This document shows positions 27,801-37,391 of a DNA stretch of 64,000 bases, piece after piece. The translations under genes and the position numbers were made by a program. The stretch's first letter is position 1, and every line of letters starts with the position of its first letter. The stretch is taken from positions 21,287-85,286 of the forward strand of contig JAZUCU010000002.1 of NCBI GenBank assembly GCA_045639325.1, in the 5' to 3' direction. This DNA is from Victivallales bacterium. Lineage in GTDB: Bacteria; Verrucomicrobiota; Lentisphaeria; Victivallales; UBA1829. The notes below the pieces were generated by a model. It worked only from the letters and a program-made list of their open reading frames with translations. It did not search any database and was not told the origin of the DNA.

Positions 27801-30175
27801 TCATTGTCGAACAGAAAGAAAATGATATCTTCACTCTGACAGTTGTCAACGGCGTATTGAAAAATCCCATATCAGAAATTCTGTTGGATCACGGCGATTA
27901 TTTCTGGGAATGGATAAGAGCAGAAAATACCAGCTCCGCTTATGATATTACGCTTGAACTTTCCGGCGAGGTATTTTCCATGGAACAGAAAGACCGTGAA
28001 ATCATTTCCGTCGGAGATGATCCGGATGACATGTATCTGGTTGAAGGCGTTTATACTGAAATTCTTGAGGGGGAAGTCGGCTTCTGCAATAAAGATGCCG
28101 TCTATGAGTATATGACTGATGACGGCGGGGAACTCGCCATTACAATCAAAAGCGGTACCGTATTTGAGTCCGATGTCAAACTCAACATCTATGTTCAGAA
28201 CAGTGCTGACGGTGAATATGACTGCATCAAGACTTTGACTGTAACCAGCGGAAAATACACGGCAGATACTGTACTTTTTGAACAGTTGTCGATCAAAAAC
28301 AATTTCTATGTTCAAGTTGCATCTCCGGATGACGGTGCAGGAAAATATAATACCGATTACAGTTTTGAGTTAAGTTTTGATATTTTTGAAGACAACGTTC
28401 AAAACAAGGATATTCTGGTAGTCAATGGGGAAGCGATCCACGACTGGATCGGATTCCGCAATGAAGCACACAGTTATCTGCTGCAAATCAAAACAGCAGA
28501 CCGTTACGCCATCCGTCTGCAGGGCGATGCATATGATGCAATTCTCAAAATTTGCGAAATGAATGGCACTGTTATTGAAGAAAAACAAATCGAAACAAAC
28601 GGAACTGCTTACATCGACAATATTTATCTCGAAAGCGGCAACTATTTTGTCACGGTGGACTCCATCGACAAGGGCGAAGGTCAGTTCAATTCGGATTACG
28701 TTTTGAGCGCATCTGCACTGCAAACACTGTATCCGTTGATTGATAACAGCGACGACACCCGCGAGTTGGCATCGATTAAAAACAGTACAGCATTTGACAC
28801 CACCATTGAAAACTGGGTAGGATCAGGAGACAGTGCGGACTTCTTCAAATTCACTCTTCCTGCAGAAAATCCGCAGACCGTTTCACTTATCCTGACCGTT
28901 GATGCACAAACGGCACAGGCGGTAAAAGACGGATCATTGCAAATAAACTGCTGTGATCGATTCGGTGAGAAACTGGAAATGGTTGCATTGTCCGATGGAA
29001 AATGGCATATTGAAACGGATCGCATTGATCAGGATATCTATATCGGTATTCAGTGTGCTTCTCCGGTTGAAGATCTGCCTTACTCCTTTATGGTATCAAA
29101 AACGGTTTCCCCGGGCAACCTTTCCGGCAGTACTGAAGGCGTAAGCTGGGATGCCGTTCCCGGTGTATCAAAATATATTGTGGAATATTCGCAGGATAAT
29201 TTTGCAAATGTAATCCGTTTGGAAACCCTTTCCAATAAAGTTGATTTCTTCGATTTACCTGCCGGTGTCTGGCAATGGCGGGTGAAAGCCATTGGCGAAG
29301 GACTTTCCAATGAGGAGCAATTTATTGCAAACGGTAATCTTGCGGTAGAAAAATTTATTTCAGAAGCAAACGGCAATACCGATATGTTCTTTGCCAAGGC
29401 ATCCGGCAAATGGAAGTCCGGCTACGTGGCACAGCACTCCGGCAATCACTCCAATTGGAGCGGGACAAATGAACAGGTCGCTCTTACTGGAAAAAATATA
29501 CTGGCAGATATTTTCGAAGGCTCAACAGATGCTAATATTCTGCTGATGACCGATGATGTCAATGGCGATGCATTGTTTGTGGATGATATTTACACCGCTC
29601 TGCCCGGCACGGTTGCAGAACAACAAGCCCGCATCGCTCAAATCAATGAAATCCGTGCCGGACTTGGCGATGATGTTATCGATATGACCAGTCAGCGTTT
29701 CGCTTATATTGGAGACGGCGTCAAAATCTACGGCGGTCTTGGTAACGACACCATCTGGGCAAATAATGGCAGCAACACACTCTTTGGTGATGCCGGCAAT
29801 GACCGGATTATCGGTGGCGTAAATGCCGATATCATCATCGGCGGCATTGGTAATGACCGGCTCCATGGCGGTGGCGGAGATGATATTTTCACATTCTGCA
29901 ACGACTGGGGTATTGATATTGTCGAACAGTTGAATGGCGGAAAAGTCACGCTCTGGCTGGAAAGCGGTTCCATGGAAAATTGGGATACAGAAACAACCAC
30001 TTACAGCGATGGCATAAATGTAATCAAAGTTCAGGGCGTTAAGAATTCCGATATTACCATCTGCTTCGGCGATAACGGAACAAGTCAATATGATACGCTG
30101 GCAAACATGGGGGCATTCCGTGATTATGCATCGGAAATGCTTTATGAAGATGTGACCAAAGGTCTCCTTGCATAA
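24833..30175 (+). CDS. Very large putative secreted surface protein with PPC/FN3-like modules and an RTX Ca-binding tail
   Basis: GGxGxD nonapeptides (GGLGND, GDAGND, GGIGND, GGGGDD), WVGSGDSADFFKF, SWDAVPGVSKY. No signal peptide. Confidence 0.75.
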   Translation: MEQDNKSDYTLVAANSNASLPDALQKFYDAFKDKTPGDFIWGGGTGVDNLAFGPVTITVDNVRVSIVRTNDYETTTVKNMELIVMQGYAQAVFFDRFYASCVMIGKASTVNPDDITSVLTYTFMTKEERQELEFGKIEKAKIDPTFYTQVQNDPINDAKNTNGIYILSNRSTDPSNVSFNTVFQGVGIAEFSDNPALGLAVAVSANINTFTSAMTFTVGASIRLGSSKRFSAAGEIGLLNGKLNAIGFSVGGKIQISPVVSITKLSCSVKGFQEPKLAVGVGGGMAIGSEVSVPEGLGTLQKALFPNNTSFVPLQLNVRGDMNPAHNYYSLSGEGKLFGVISVSAAFAYDDGDIKAEVKAGLVCNSFLNGSLSATFNMKQDNWNLHCNFNCSVSVDIWNLIGVSVRGNLNVLLNSQDYTLANRRYNRKDLTISVDGMATLKVLFSFSVSVHKTWVFNLSNTPLASRERLMTSISAGDMSVLENVSDVLVCESKDLTENEAPLLRFRNSSNVIDTKSWQIDEQCSESGLVTIQVVAEYTLADSNWRLTHNNGETITVYTAENAGNVVTVKEFTHNYYELLLDTPDAGNWTLELLGDSQNSGGIYMNALQDEKFVTELEILEQTDTAIKFRYTAVTGSKDDTTVIRLFAEEISTEPGADPYSGIIAYLEETDNGEFIWEIPEEFRHNAQYRFYISAASSNAGSIAESNEVEVFLARQDAELECSWELAYNADNTDTVTAYITITNTGAESTAFQWEILDYTNNNSIDDDNSYYGNTSNIAEVLASGSGIEIKGNSSVTLQAVITVTDELRDNPSSLYLSVTQETDLDGVSVKNNEEESTFADDTDEILFTAMKSENCQKQTISWQAVEGAVSYVLHYALEGDWETGGVYVNNIQNTSYVLSVTPGEYAYRVIAIGSDGKAIGSWSEEQEIDVLFHDEQTLNITANTSSARSQVFSLNDGFYNLNGIDLQNFTGSLTLIRNDLVKVGEENDSIIVEQKENDIFTLTVVNGVLKNPISEILLDHGDYFWEWIRAENTSSAYDITLELSGEVFSMEQKDREIISVGDDPDDMYLVEGVYTEILEGEVGFCNKDAVYEYMTDDGGELAITIKSGTVFESDVKLNIYVQNSADGEYDCIKTLTVTSGKYTADTVLFEQLSIKNNFYVQVASPDDGAGKYNTDYSFELSFDIFEDNVQNKDILVVNGEAIHDWIGFRNEAHSYLLQIKTADRYAIRLQGDAYDAILKICEMNGTVIEEKQIETNGTAYIDNIYLESGNYFVTVDSIDKGEGQFNSDYVLSASALQTLYPLIDNSDDTRELASIKNSTAFDTTIENWVGSGDSADFFKFTLPAENPQTVSLILTVDAQTAQAVKDGSLQINCCDRFGEKLEMVALSDGKWHIETDRIDQDIYIGIQCASPVEDLPYSFMVSKTVSPGNLSGSTEGVSWDAVPGVSKYIVEYSQDNFANVIRLETLSNKVDFFDLPAGVWQWRVKAIGEGLSNEEQFIANGNLAVEKFISEANGNTDMFFAKASGKWKSGYVAQHSGNHSNWSGTNEQVALTGKNILADIFEGSTDANILLMTDDVNGDALFVDDIYTALPGTVAEQQARIAQINEIRAGLGDDVIDMTSQRFAYIGDGVKIYGGLGNDTIWANNGSNTLFGDAGNDRIIGGVNADIIIGGIGNDRLHGGGGDDIFTFCNDWGIDIVEQLNGGKVTLWLESGSMENWDTETTTYSDGINVIKVQGVKNSDITICFGDNGTSQYDTLANMGAFRDYASEMLYEDVTKGLLA

Positions 30176-30195
30176 AAAACATTCATTCAAACAAT

Positions 30196-30243
30196 AAAAA
30201 ATCCCGCTGAAACGGCGTTCAAACTGTTTCAACGGGATTTTTA
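30196..30243. terminator. Bidirectional intrinsic terminator
   Basis: aaaaaatcccg...cgggattttt between convergent genes. Confidence 0.75.
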
Positions 30244-30278
30244 TTTATACCGGCATTGCTGCCGGTACGAGAATCATC

Positions 30279-32024
30279 TTACTTCTGATGGTAGGTAGTG
30301 TGAAGCAGGTGATGTGCTTTTTCACTGCCGGGTTCACCCAGATATTCTTTGTAGAGAGTCTGGATGTCTGCGTTTTCGTGAGAAAGACGCAGAGTCTTGC
30401 TTTCATCTTCAGTATAGATACCTTTCATGCGCTTTTCGAGCAGGTCGGACTGACCATGGAGGAAGGGCTGACCGCCACCATTGATACAGCCGCCGGGGCA
30501 AGCCATGATTTCGATAGCCTGGAAACGATTGGGATCCTGACGGACCATATCCAGAACTTTACGGGCATTACCGAGACCGGAGCAAGCGGCAACACGGATT
30601 GTCTTGCCGGGAGCGATTTCGACCATAGCTTCTTTCACGCCATCAAGACCGCGGACAGCGCGGAAGTTGATAGCATCGCCTTCGAGGTTTTTGCCGTTGA
30701 TCATGTAGTAGACGCTGCGGCAGGCAGCTTCGAGAACACCACCGGTAACACCGAAGATGTCAGCAGCACCGGAGGAGAGACCGAGCGGGCTGTCAAATTC
30801 TTCATCTTCCATGTTAGCGAGGTTGATACCGGCTTCGCGGAACATCTTGCAGAGTTCGCGAGTTGTAACAACGTAGTCAACGTCACGGACGCCATTGGGA
30901 GCGAACTCAGGACGGGCTGCTTCGTATTTCTTAGCCTGGCAGGGCATGATGGAAACAACGATGATATCTTCCGGTTTCACGCCGATCTTTTCTGCGTAGT
31001 AAGACTTGGCGATTGCACCGAACATCTGCTGCGGAGATTTGCAGCTGGACGGGATGTGGAGCAGATCCGGATAGTTGTGTTCGATGAAGTTGATCCAGCC
31101 CGGGCAGCAAGATGTGAGAATCGGGAGATTCTTGTTTTCTTTGATGCGTTCGACGATTTCGTGACCTTCTTCCATGATGGTCAGGTCAGCGGAGAAGTTG
31201 GTGTCGAAGACTTTATCAAAACCGAGAGCGCGGAGACCGGCAACCAGTTTCTTTGTGATGGATTTACCGGGTTCGAAACCAAATTCCTGACCGACAGCAA
31301 CGCGGACTGCAGGAGCAGTCTGAACGATAACAGTCTTAGCAGGATTGTTGATTGCAGCCCAGACTTTTTTCACATAGCTCATACCGACAATTGCACCGAC
31401 GGGGCAGACGTTAACGCACTGACCGCAGAAAGTACAGGATGTTTCGGCGAGAGGAATCATGCTGGCTGTGCCAACTTTAGCACTGAAACCACGGCCATTA
31501 CCTGTGAGAGCACCGACAGTCTGAACTTTGTTACAGACAGTTTCGCAGCGACGGCACATGATACATTTGGAGAGGTCGCGCATGATAGCTTCGCTGGAAT
31601 CATCAACATCAAATTTGTTGACGCTGCCGGAGAATTCGATTTTGCTGATACCGAATTCAGAAGCGAGCTTCTGCAGATCGCAATCCTGGTTCTTTGCGCA
31701 TGTCAAGCAATCCTGCGGATGGTCGGACAGCATGAGTTCCAGGATGGTGCGGCGTGCTTTGAGAGCGCGCTGTGTATTGGTATGAACGACCATGCCTTCC
31801 ATAACAGGAGTAGCACAGGCGGGAGCGAGGTTTCTGCGTTTTTCAACTTCGACTACGCAAATACGGCAGGAAGCGGGTTTGTTGGAAATTCCACAGCCGC
31901 CGAGTTTGTCGCAATAGCAAAGTGTCGGGATCTGGATGTTGAGCTCTTTAGCAGCATCAAGGATTGTGGAACCGGCAGGTACGGAAACAGATTTTCCGTT
32001 AATAGTAAGATTGACTTTGTTCAT
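30279..32024 (-). CDS. hydA: [FeFe]-hydrogenase catalytic subunit (group A3-like)
   Basis: H-cluster motifs TSCCPGW, MPCQAKKYE, EIMACPGGCINGGGQ. N-terminal 2Fe-2S and 4Fe-4S motifs. Confidence 0.96.
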   Translation of the reverse strand: MNKVNLTINGKSVSVPAGSTILDAAKELNIQIPTLCYCDKLGGCGISNKPASCRICVVEVEKRRNLAPACATPVMEGMVVHTNTQRALKARRTILELMLSDHPQDCLTCAKNQDCDLQKLASEFGISKIEFSGSVNKFDVDDSSEAIMRDLSKCIMCRRCETVCNKVQTVGALTGNGRGFSAKVGTASMIPLAETSCTFCGQCVNVCPVGAIVGMSYVKKVWAAINNPAKTVIVQTAPAVRVAVGQEFGFEPGKSITKKLVAGLRALGFDKVFDTNFSADLTIMEEGHEIVERIKENKNLPILTSCCPGWINFIEHNYPDLLHIPSSCKSPQQMFGAIAKSYYAEKIGVKPEDIIVVSIMPCQAKKYEAARPEFAPNGVRDVDYVVTTRELCKMFREAGINLANMEDEEFDSPLGLSSGAADIFGVTGGVLEAACRSVYYMINGKNLEGDAINFRAVRGLDGVKEAMVEIAPGKTIRVAACSGLGNARKVLDMVRQDPNRFQAIEIMACPGGCINGGGQPFLHGQSDLLEKRMKGIYTEDESKTLRLSHENADIQTLYKEYLGEPGSEKAHHLLHTTYHQK

Positions 32025-32034
32025 CGTGTCACAC

Positions 32035-33966
32035 TCATTCTTTTACAATGGCTTTCTTCGGGCAGCCGTCAATACAGGCACCGCACTTGATGCACTTCTT
32101 GACGTCGATCACATGCTTCTGTTTCAGTTCGCCTTCGATAGCACCGATGGGGCAGAAACGTTTACATTTTGTACAACCGATACAGGCATCTGTAATGGTG
32201 AGGTTGTACAGCTTCTGGCATGTACCGGCAGGGCATTTCTTGTCGCGGACGTGTGCAATGTATTCGTCCTTGAAGTAACGCAGTGTGCTGAGGATCGGGT
32301 TGGGAGCTGTCTGACCGAGACCGCAGAGAGCAGTATCAGTGATTGTTTTTGCCAGTTCTTCCAGTTCGACCAGCATTTCTTCTGTGCCGTTACCGTCGCA
32401 AATCTTTTCGAGCATTTCGAGCATACGGCGTGTACCGATACGGCAGGGTGTGCACTTACCGCAGGATTCGTCTTTTGTGAAGTCCAGATAGAACTTAGCC
32501 ATAGCGGGCATGCAGTCTTTATCAGAAAGAACGATCATACCGCCGGAACCCATCATGGAGCCGATTTTGCCGAGGTTAGCGTAGTCGATCGGAGTATCGA
32601 GGTTTTCTTTTGTGATACAACCGCCGGAGGGACCACCGGTCTGCACGGCTTTGAATTCACGACCGCCGGAGATACCACCCCCGATTTCGTAAATGATTTC
32701 ACGGAGAGTTGTACCCATGGGAACTTCAACGAGACCCACGTTGTTGATCTGACCGGCGAGAGCGAAAACCTTTGTACCGGAGTTACCGCTGATGGTCTTT
32801 ACCCAGTTGCCGTTGGCATCGAATTCTGCATTCCAGTTACCGATACCGGCATACCATTTTGCGCCGTTGAGGATGATAACGGGAACCATAGCGTATGTTT
32901 CAACGTTGTTCACGTTTGTGGAGCAGCCCCAGTAACCGCCACCGATGTTAGCGGGGAACGGAGGTTTCGTTGTGGGCTCACCGCGCATACCTTCCATGGA
33001 GTGGATCAGAGCAGTTTCTTCACCGCAGACGAATGCACCGGCACCGAGTTTGATTTCGATATCGAAGCAGAAGTCTGTACCCATGATGTTTTTGCCGAGG
33101 AGACCGAGTTCGCGAGCTTCTTCGATTGCTTTCTGCAAACGGGCAACTGCGAGAGGATATTCAGCACGGATGTAAACCAAACCGCTCTGTGCGCCGATAG
33201 CATAAGCACCGATCGCCATAGCTTCGATAACTGTGTTCGGGTCACCTTCCATGATGGAGCGGTCCATGAACGCACCGGGGTCACCTTCGTCAGCGTTACA
33301 GACGATGTATTTTTCATCAGCCTGAACACCGGCAGCGATTTTCCATTTCAAACCAGTGGGGAAGCCGGCACCACCGCGTCCGCAAAGACCGGAGTTGAGA
33401 ACTTCCTGAACGACTTCTTCGCGTTTCATGCTGAAGAGACATTTTGCGAGAGCCTGGTAACCTTTGTTTGCGATGTATTCTGTGATGTCTTCCGGATCGA
33501 GCAAACCGCAGTTACGCAGAGCGATACGCTGCTGTTTTGCATAGAAAGCCATCTTTGCATAGTCATGAATGCGTTCGTTGATTGCAGGTTCAACGAAGAG
33601 GAGGCGTTCGACCAATTCTTTGCCGACAACGTGTTTTTCGACGATTTCTTTTGCATCATCGGGAGTGACCTGAACGTAGAAGACGTTGTCAGGCATGACC
33701 TTGACGATCGGCCCCTGTGCACAGAAACCGAAGCAACCGGTCTGAACGACTTTCACGTCATTTTCCAAACCGTTTTCAGCGATGTATTTTCTGAGATTAT
33801 CCATCAATTCTGCAGCATTGGAAGCATGGCAACCGGTACCGCCGCAGCAGAGGAGTTCTTTTTTTGCAGATTTGATATCATGTTCAGCAGTTTCGCGCAG
33901 AACAAGTTTACCTTTACAGGCATTGTAAAAATCGAGCAAAGCTGCCTGAGAATTAATTTTATCCAT
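32035..33966 (-). CDS. hydB: NuoF-like flavin/NADH-binding hydrogenase subunit
   Basis: GRGGAGFPTG, NADEGDPGAFMDRS, GAFVCGEETAL, GGPSGGC, ESCGKCTPCR, C-terminal 2x[4Fe-4S]. Confidence 0.95.
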   Translation of the reverse strand: MDKINSQAALLDFYNACKGKLVLRETAEHDIKSAKKELLCCGGTGCHASNAAELMDNLRKYIAENGLENDVKVVQTGCFGFCAQGPIVKVMPDNVFYVQVTPDDAKEIVEKHVVGKELVERLLFVEPAINERIHDYAKMAFYAKQQRIALRNCGLLDPEDITEYIANKGYQALAKCLFSMKREEVVQEVLNSGLCGRGGAGFPTGLKWKIAAGVQADEKYIVCNADEGDPGAFMDRSIMEGDPNTVIEAMAIGAYAIGAQSGLVYIRAEYPLAVARLQKAIEEARELGLLGKNIMGTDFCFDIEIKLGAGAFVCGEETALIHSMEGMRGEPTTKPPFPANIGGGYWGCSTNVNNVETYAMVPVIILNGAKWYAGIGNWNAEFDANGNWVKTISGNSGTKVFALAGQINNVGLVEVPMGTTLREIIYEIGGGISGGREFKAVQTGGPSGGCITKENLDTPIDYANLGKIGSMMGSGGMIVLSDKDCMPAMAKFYLDFTKDESCGKCTPCRIGTRRMLEMLEKICDGNGTEEMLVELEELAKTITDTALCGLGQTAPNPILSTLRYFKDEYIAHVRDKKCPAGTCQKLYNLTITDACIGCTKCKRFCPIGAIEGELKQKHVIDVKKCIKCGACIDGCPKKAIVKE

Positions 33967-33970
33967 GGAA

Positions 33971-34486
33971 TCAACCTTTAGCTTTGTATTCGTTAACAAT
34001 TTCAACGGCTTTAGCCGGGGTGACTTTACCATAAACTTTACCGTTCACCATCATAACCGGTGCAAGTCCGCAGGCACCAACGCAACGAAGTGCGTTGAGG
34101 GAGAACAAACCGTCGGGAGTCGGGTTTGTATCAGCTTTGATACCGAGAACACGTTCGAGTTCCTGGATAACTTTTTCTGCGCCTTTCACGTAGCAAGCGG
34201 TACCGAGGCAAACGTCAACAACGTATTTACCTTTGGGTTCAGTGGAGAAGTAGTTATAAAAGCTAACAACACCGGAAACATGAGCTTCTGCGAGAGCCAG
34301 CTTTTGAGCAACGTGAATCTGTACTTCGCGGGGAAGATACCCGAAAATGGCTTGTGCGCGATGAAGAACCTGGATCAAACGTCCACGACGGCGTTCATCT
34401 GCCCGATCAATGCCGAGACCGTCAATAAACGCATCCAATTCTGCGAATTTTTCGGCAGCAGCTTCTGATAATTTTTTGCAACACAT
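33971..34486 (-). CDS. hydC: NuoE-like 2Fe-2S hydrogenase subunit
   Basis: VCLGTACYVKG, RCVGACGLAPV. Confidence 0.95.
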   Translation of the reverse strand: MCCKKLSEAAAEKFAELDAFIDGLGIDRADERRRGRLIQVLHRAQAIFGYLPREVQIHVAQKLALAEAHVSGVVSFYNYFSTEPKGKYVVDVCLGTACYVKGAEKVIQELERVLGIKADTNPTPDGLFSLNALRCVGACGLAPVMMVNGKVYGKVTPAKAVEIVNEYKAKG

Positions 34487-34850
34487 TTTTTGTTTCTACC
34501 TTCAAATATTAGTGTTCGTTTAGTATAAAAAACAATGAATACCGCATAAATACCTGCGGTGCCAAATTCTTTTATTGCAGTTACCCTGCTCCGTACACCT
34601 CATCTTTCTTTGTTATAATTGTTAAACATCAATCGGTTAAATTGTTTTAGAAAAATTTCATTTTCAAGTAGATGAAATGTCTTTTTAAAATACACTTCCC
34701 TACTCTCATATAACATATCACATAATTTCAAAAAGTCAAATCAAAATTCTAAAATAATGAAAAAAATATCGAAGTCCAAAAAAACAATTACTTCAATTCG
34801 TTTTAACTAACTGAAGAAAAACAGAATTACAACCGATTTTTTTACCCGGA

Positions 34851-34899
34851 AAAACAAACAAAACCCGCCAACGGAAAGTATTTCACGCTGACGGGTTAA
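34851..34899 (-). terminator. Intrinsic terminator after infA
   Basis: - strand aacccgtcagcg...cgttggcgggtt followed by a T-rich run. Confidence 0.6.
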
Positions 34900-34924
34900 A
34901 GAATCCGGGAGGATCAATCCGTAA

Positions 34925-35149
34925 TTACTTCTGACGGAATACGATTCTGCCTTTTGTCAAATCATAGGGTGACATTTCCAATGTAACGGTGTCACCGGGG
35001 AGAATACGGATGAAATTCAACCGCATTTTTCCGCTGATATGCGCAAGAACACAATGCTTGTTCTGCAGTTCCACACGGAACATGGTGTTCGGAAGCAGTT
35101 CTTTTACAACTCCTTCCAGCCGGATCACGTCTTTCGTCTCTTTAGACAC
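34925..35149 (-). CDS. infA: Translation initiation factor IF-1
   Basis: [32 protein letters not shown]. Confidence 0.97.
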   Translation of the reverse strand: MSKETKDVIRLEGVVKELLPNTMFRVELQNKHCVLAHISGKMRLNFIRILPGDTVTLEMSPYDLTKGRIVFRQK

Positions 35150-35906
35150 GGGTCAATACCTCCACTTGTCCTTCTGTAATTAATATCATGTGTTCAAAAT
35201 GGGCAGACTTTGCACCGTCCGCCGTACGGACCGTCCACTGGTCCTTTTCTACGTAAATTTTATATGAACCAAGATTTAACATCGGTTCAATACAAAGTAC
35301 CATACCGGGTACAAGGCGTGGGCCTTTTACCGCGGAAGCAAAGTTGGGAACTTCGGGCGGCTCATGGAGTGCAATACCGCAGCCATGTCCAACAAAATCT
35401 CTGACGACGCCAAGAGAATGTTCTTTTGCAACCCGTTCCACTGCTTTGGAGATATCGCGAACGAAAGCTCCATTTTTTGCAGCTTTGATCCCTGCTTCAA
35501 GCGCAAGACGTGTTCCTTCCAGAAGACGTTTCTCCGCGGCAGGCATTTCGGTTCCCACATATACGGTTTTGGCAGTGTCGCCCATGGCTCCATTATACTG
35601 AATTCCCACATCAAGGCTTACAACGTCGCCTTCGTTGAGAATCCGATGAGGATTACCAATCCCGTGTACGACTTCGTCGTTCACAGAGATACATACATTG
35701 CCGGGATATCCATGATACCCGCGGAATGCAGAAACACCCCCGGATGCTTTAATAATAGCACCGGCGAGATCGTCCAGTTCTTTTGTTGTCATACCGGGAC
35801 GCACCTGCTCAGCGATCTGATCTCTGGCAATGGCAGTCATCCGGGCGGCAACACGGATCCGTTCGATCTCATCGGGAGTATGAATTATAAAATCGCGACG
35901 GGCCAT
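35142..35906 (-). CDS. map: Methionine aminopeptidase type I
   Basis: [36 protein letters not shown]. Confidence 0.96.
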   Translation of the reverse strand: MARRDFIIHTPDEIERIRVAARMTAIARDQIAEQVRPGMTTKELDDLAGAIIKASGGVSAFRGYHGYPGNVCISVNDEVVHGIGNPHRILNEGDVVSLDVGIQYNGAMGDTAKTVYVGTEMPAAEKRLLEGTRLALEAGIKAAKNGAFVRDISKAVERVAKEHSLGVVRDFVGHGCGIALHEPPEVPNFASAVKGPRLVPGMVLCIEPMLNLGSYKIYVEKDQWTVRTADGAKSAHFEHMILITEGQVEVLTRV

Positions 35907-35909
35907 GAC

Positions 35910-36563
35910 TTATTGCAATACGGCGCAGAGAGCGGCGTATCCTTCATCTTTGGGAAGAGAAGAATCAATTGTAACCAACAGACCGGCTGCTGTATAGAAA
36001 TCGATCAGCGGAGCTGTCTGTTCGCGATAGACTTTCAAACGGTTCTGAGCTGTTTCCAGAGAGTCATCGCTGCGCTGATAGAGTTCGCCACCGCAAGCAT
36101 CACAAACGCCTTCGACTTTCGGCGGGCAGAAAATCTTGTTGTAACCGGTGTTGCATTTGCGGCACATGATACGTGCTGTGAGGCGCTGAAGAAGAAGTTC
36201 TTCCGGAGCATCAAAAAGCACAACAGCATCAAGTTTGCTGCCGATTTTTTCCAGTTCTTTCTTCAGCAATTCAGCCTGGGCAACGGTACGGGGGAAACCG
36301 TCGAGAATGAAACCATCGGCACATTCGGGGGAAGAAAGTTTATTGGCAACCATTCCGGCGACGACGTCATCGGGAACGAGTTTACCGGCATCCATGCAGG
36401 CTTTTGCGGATTTACCGAGTTCTGTACCGGCAGCGATTTCGCCGCGCAGAATATCCCCGGTGGAAATGTGTGCAAGTTTTTCTGCTTCCATCAACGGAGC
36501 AGACAGAGTTCCTTTACCGGCTCCCGGAGGACCGAGAAACACCAGATTTTTCTTGTTGATCAT
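35910..36563 (-). CDS. adk: Adenylate kinase (Zn-lid type)
   Basis: GPPGAGKGT, HISTGD, LDGFPRT, CRKC...CDAC lid. Start behind AGGAG. Confidence 0.97.
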   Translation of the reverse strand: MINKKNLVFLGPPGAGKGTLSAPLMEAEKLAHISTGDILRGEIAAGTELGKSAKACMDAGKLVPDDVVAGMVANKLSSPECADGFILDGFPRTVAQAELLKKELEKIGSKLDAVVLFDAPEELLLQRLTARIMCRKCNTGYNKIFCPPKVEGVCDACGGELYQRSDDSLETAQNRLKVYREQTAPLIDFYTAAGLLVTIDSSLPKDEGYAALCAVLQ

Positions 36564-36707
36564 AATACTCTCCTGATTGTCAGGTACAAATGTTATTATT
36601 TCTGAATGGCAGTTTACCATTCATTTGTTATTGTTAAGCCTATAATATAAAGCGTGTTTGTGATTTTTTCAAGTCAAAATCAACACTTTCACGTTTTTTT
36701 CTTATTT

Positions 36708-37385
36708 TCAGCGCAATGCGGGGTCACGCATACCCAGCTCTTCGAAGGCACGAATACGCAAGGTGCAGCTGTCACATTTCTCACACGGATACCCTTCTGC
36801 ATCCGGATTGTAACAGCTGTGTGTCAGACCGTAATCCACGCCTAAATCCAAGCCGCGCTGAATGATTTCAGACTTCTTCATAAACTGAAGCGGCGCATGG
36901 ATATTGAATTCCCAATTTTCATCAATGGCTTTGGTTCCCAAGGTTGCAGTACGCTGAAATGCTTTCACAAATGCATCGCGACAATCGGGATAGCCGGAAT
37001 AATCCAATGAATTCACCCCGATAAAAATATCTTTCGCACCCAATGTTTCCGCATAAGAAACGCCGAAGGATAAAAAGATCAAATTCCGGGCAGGGACATA
37101 CGTCACAGGCGCCGTCTCATGAAATCCGCCCTCCCCTTGCGGCACATCGATCTCATCCGATGTCAAAGCGGAACCGCCCCAGAGACGCATATCGAACCGG
37201 ATCGTCATCAGCGGAATACCGGCACGGTCGGCAATGCGTTTTGCAGCGGCAAGTTCCACATTGTGACGCTGTCCATAATCAAACGTCACGCCATAAACAT
37301 CAAAATTTTCACTCTGTGCAATGGCAAGACATGTGGCGGAATCCAAACCGCCGCTCAACAATACAACTGCTTTCTGTTTTTCCAT
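36708..37385 (-). CDS. queC: 7-cyano-7-deazaguanine synthase
   Basis: LLSGGLDS, YGQRH, TYVPARN, GYPDCR, SCY, CEKCDSC. Confidence 0.96.
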   Translation of the reverse strand: MEKQKAVVLLSGGLDSATCLAIAQSENFDVYGVTFDYGQRHNVELAAAKRIADRAGIPLMTIRFDMRLWGGSALTSDEIDVPQGEGGFHETAPVTYVPARNLIFLSFGVSYAETLGAKDIFIGVNSLDYSGYPDCRDAFVKAFQRTATLGTKAIDENWEFNIHAPLQFMKKSEIIQRGLDLGVDYGLTHSCYNPDAEGYPCEKCDSCTLRIRAFEELGMRDPALR

Positions 37386-37391
37386 GATTGC

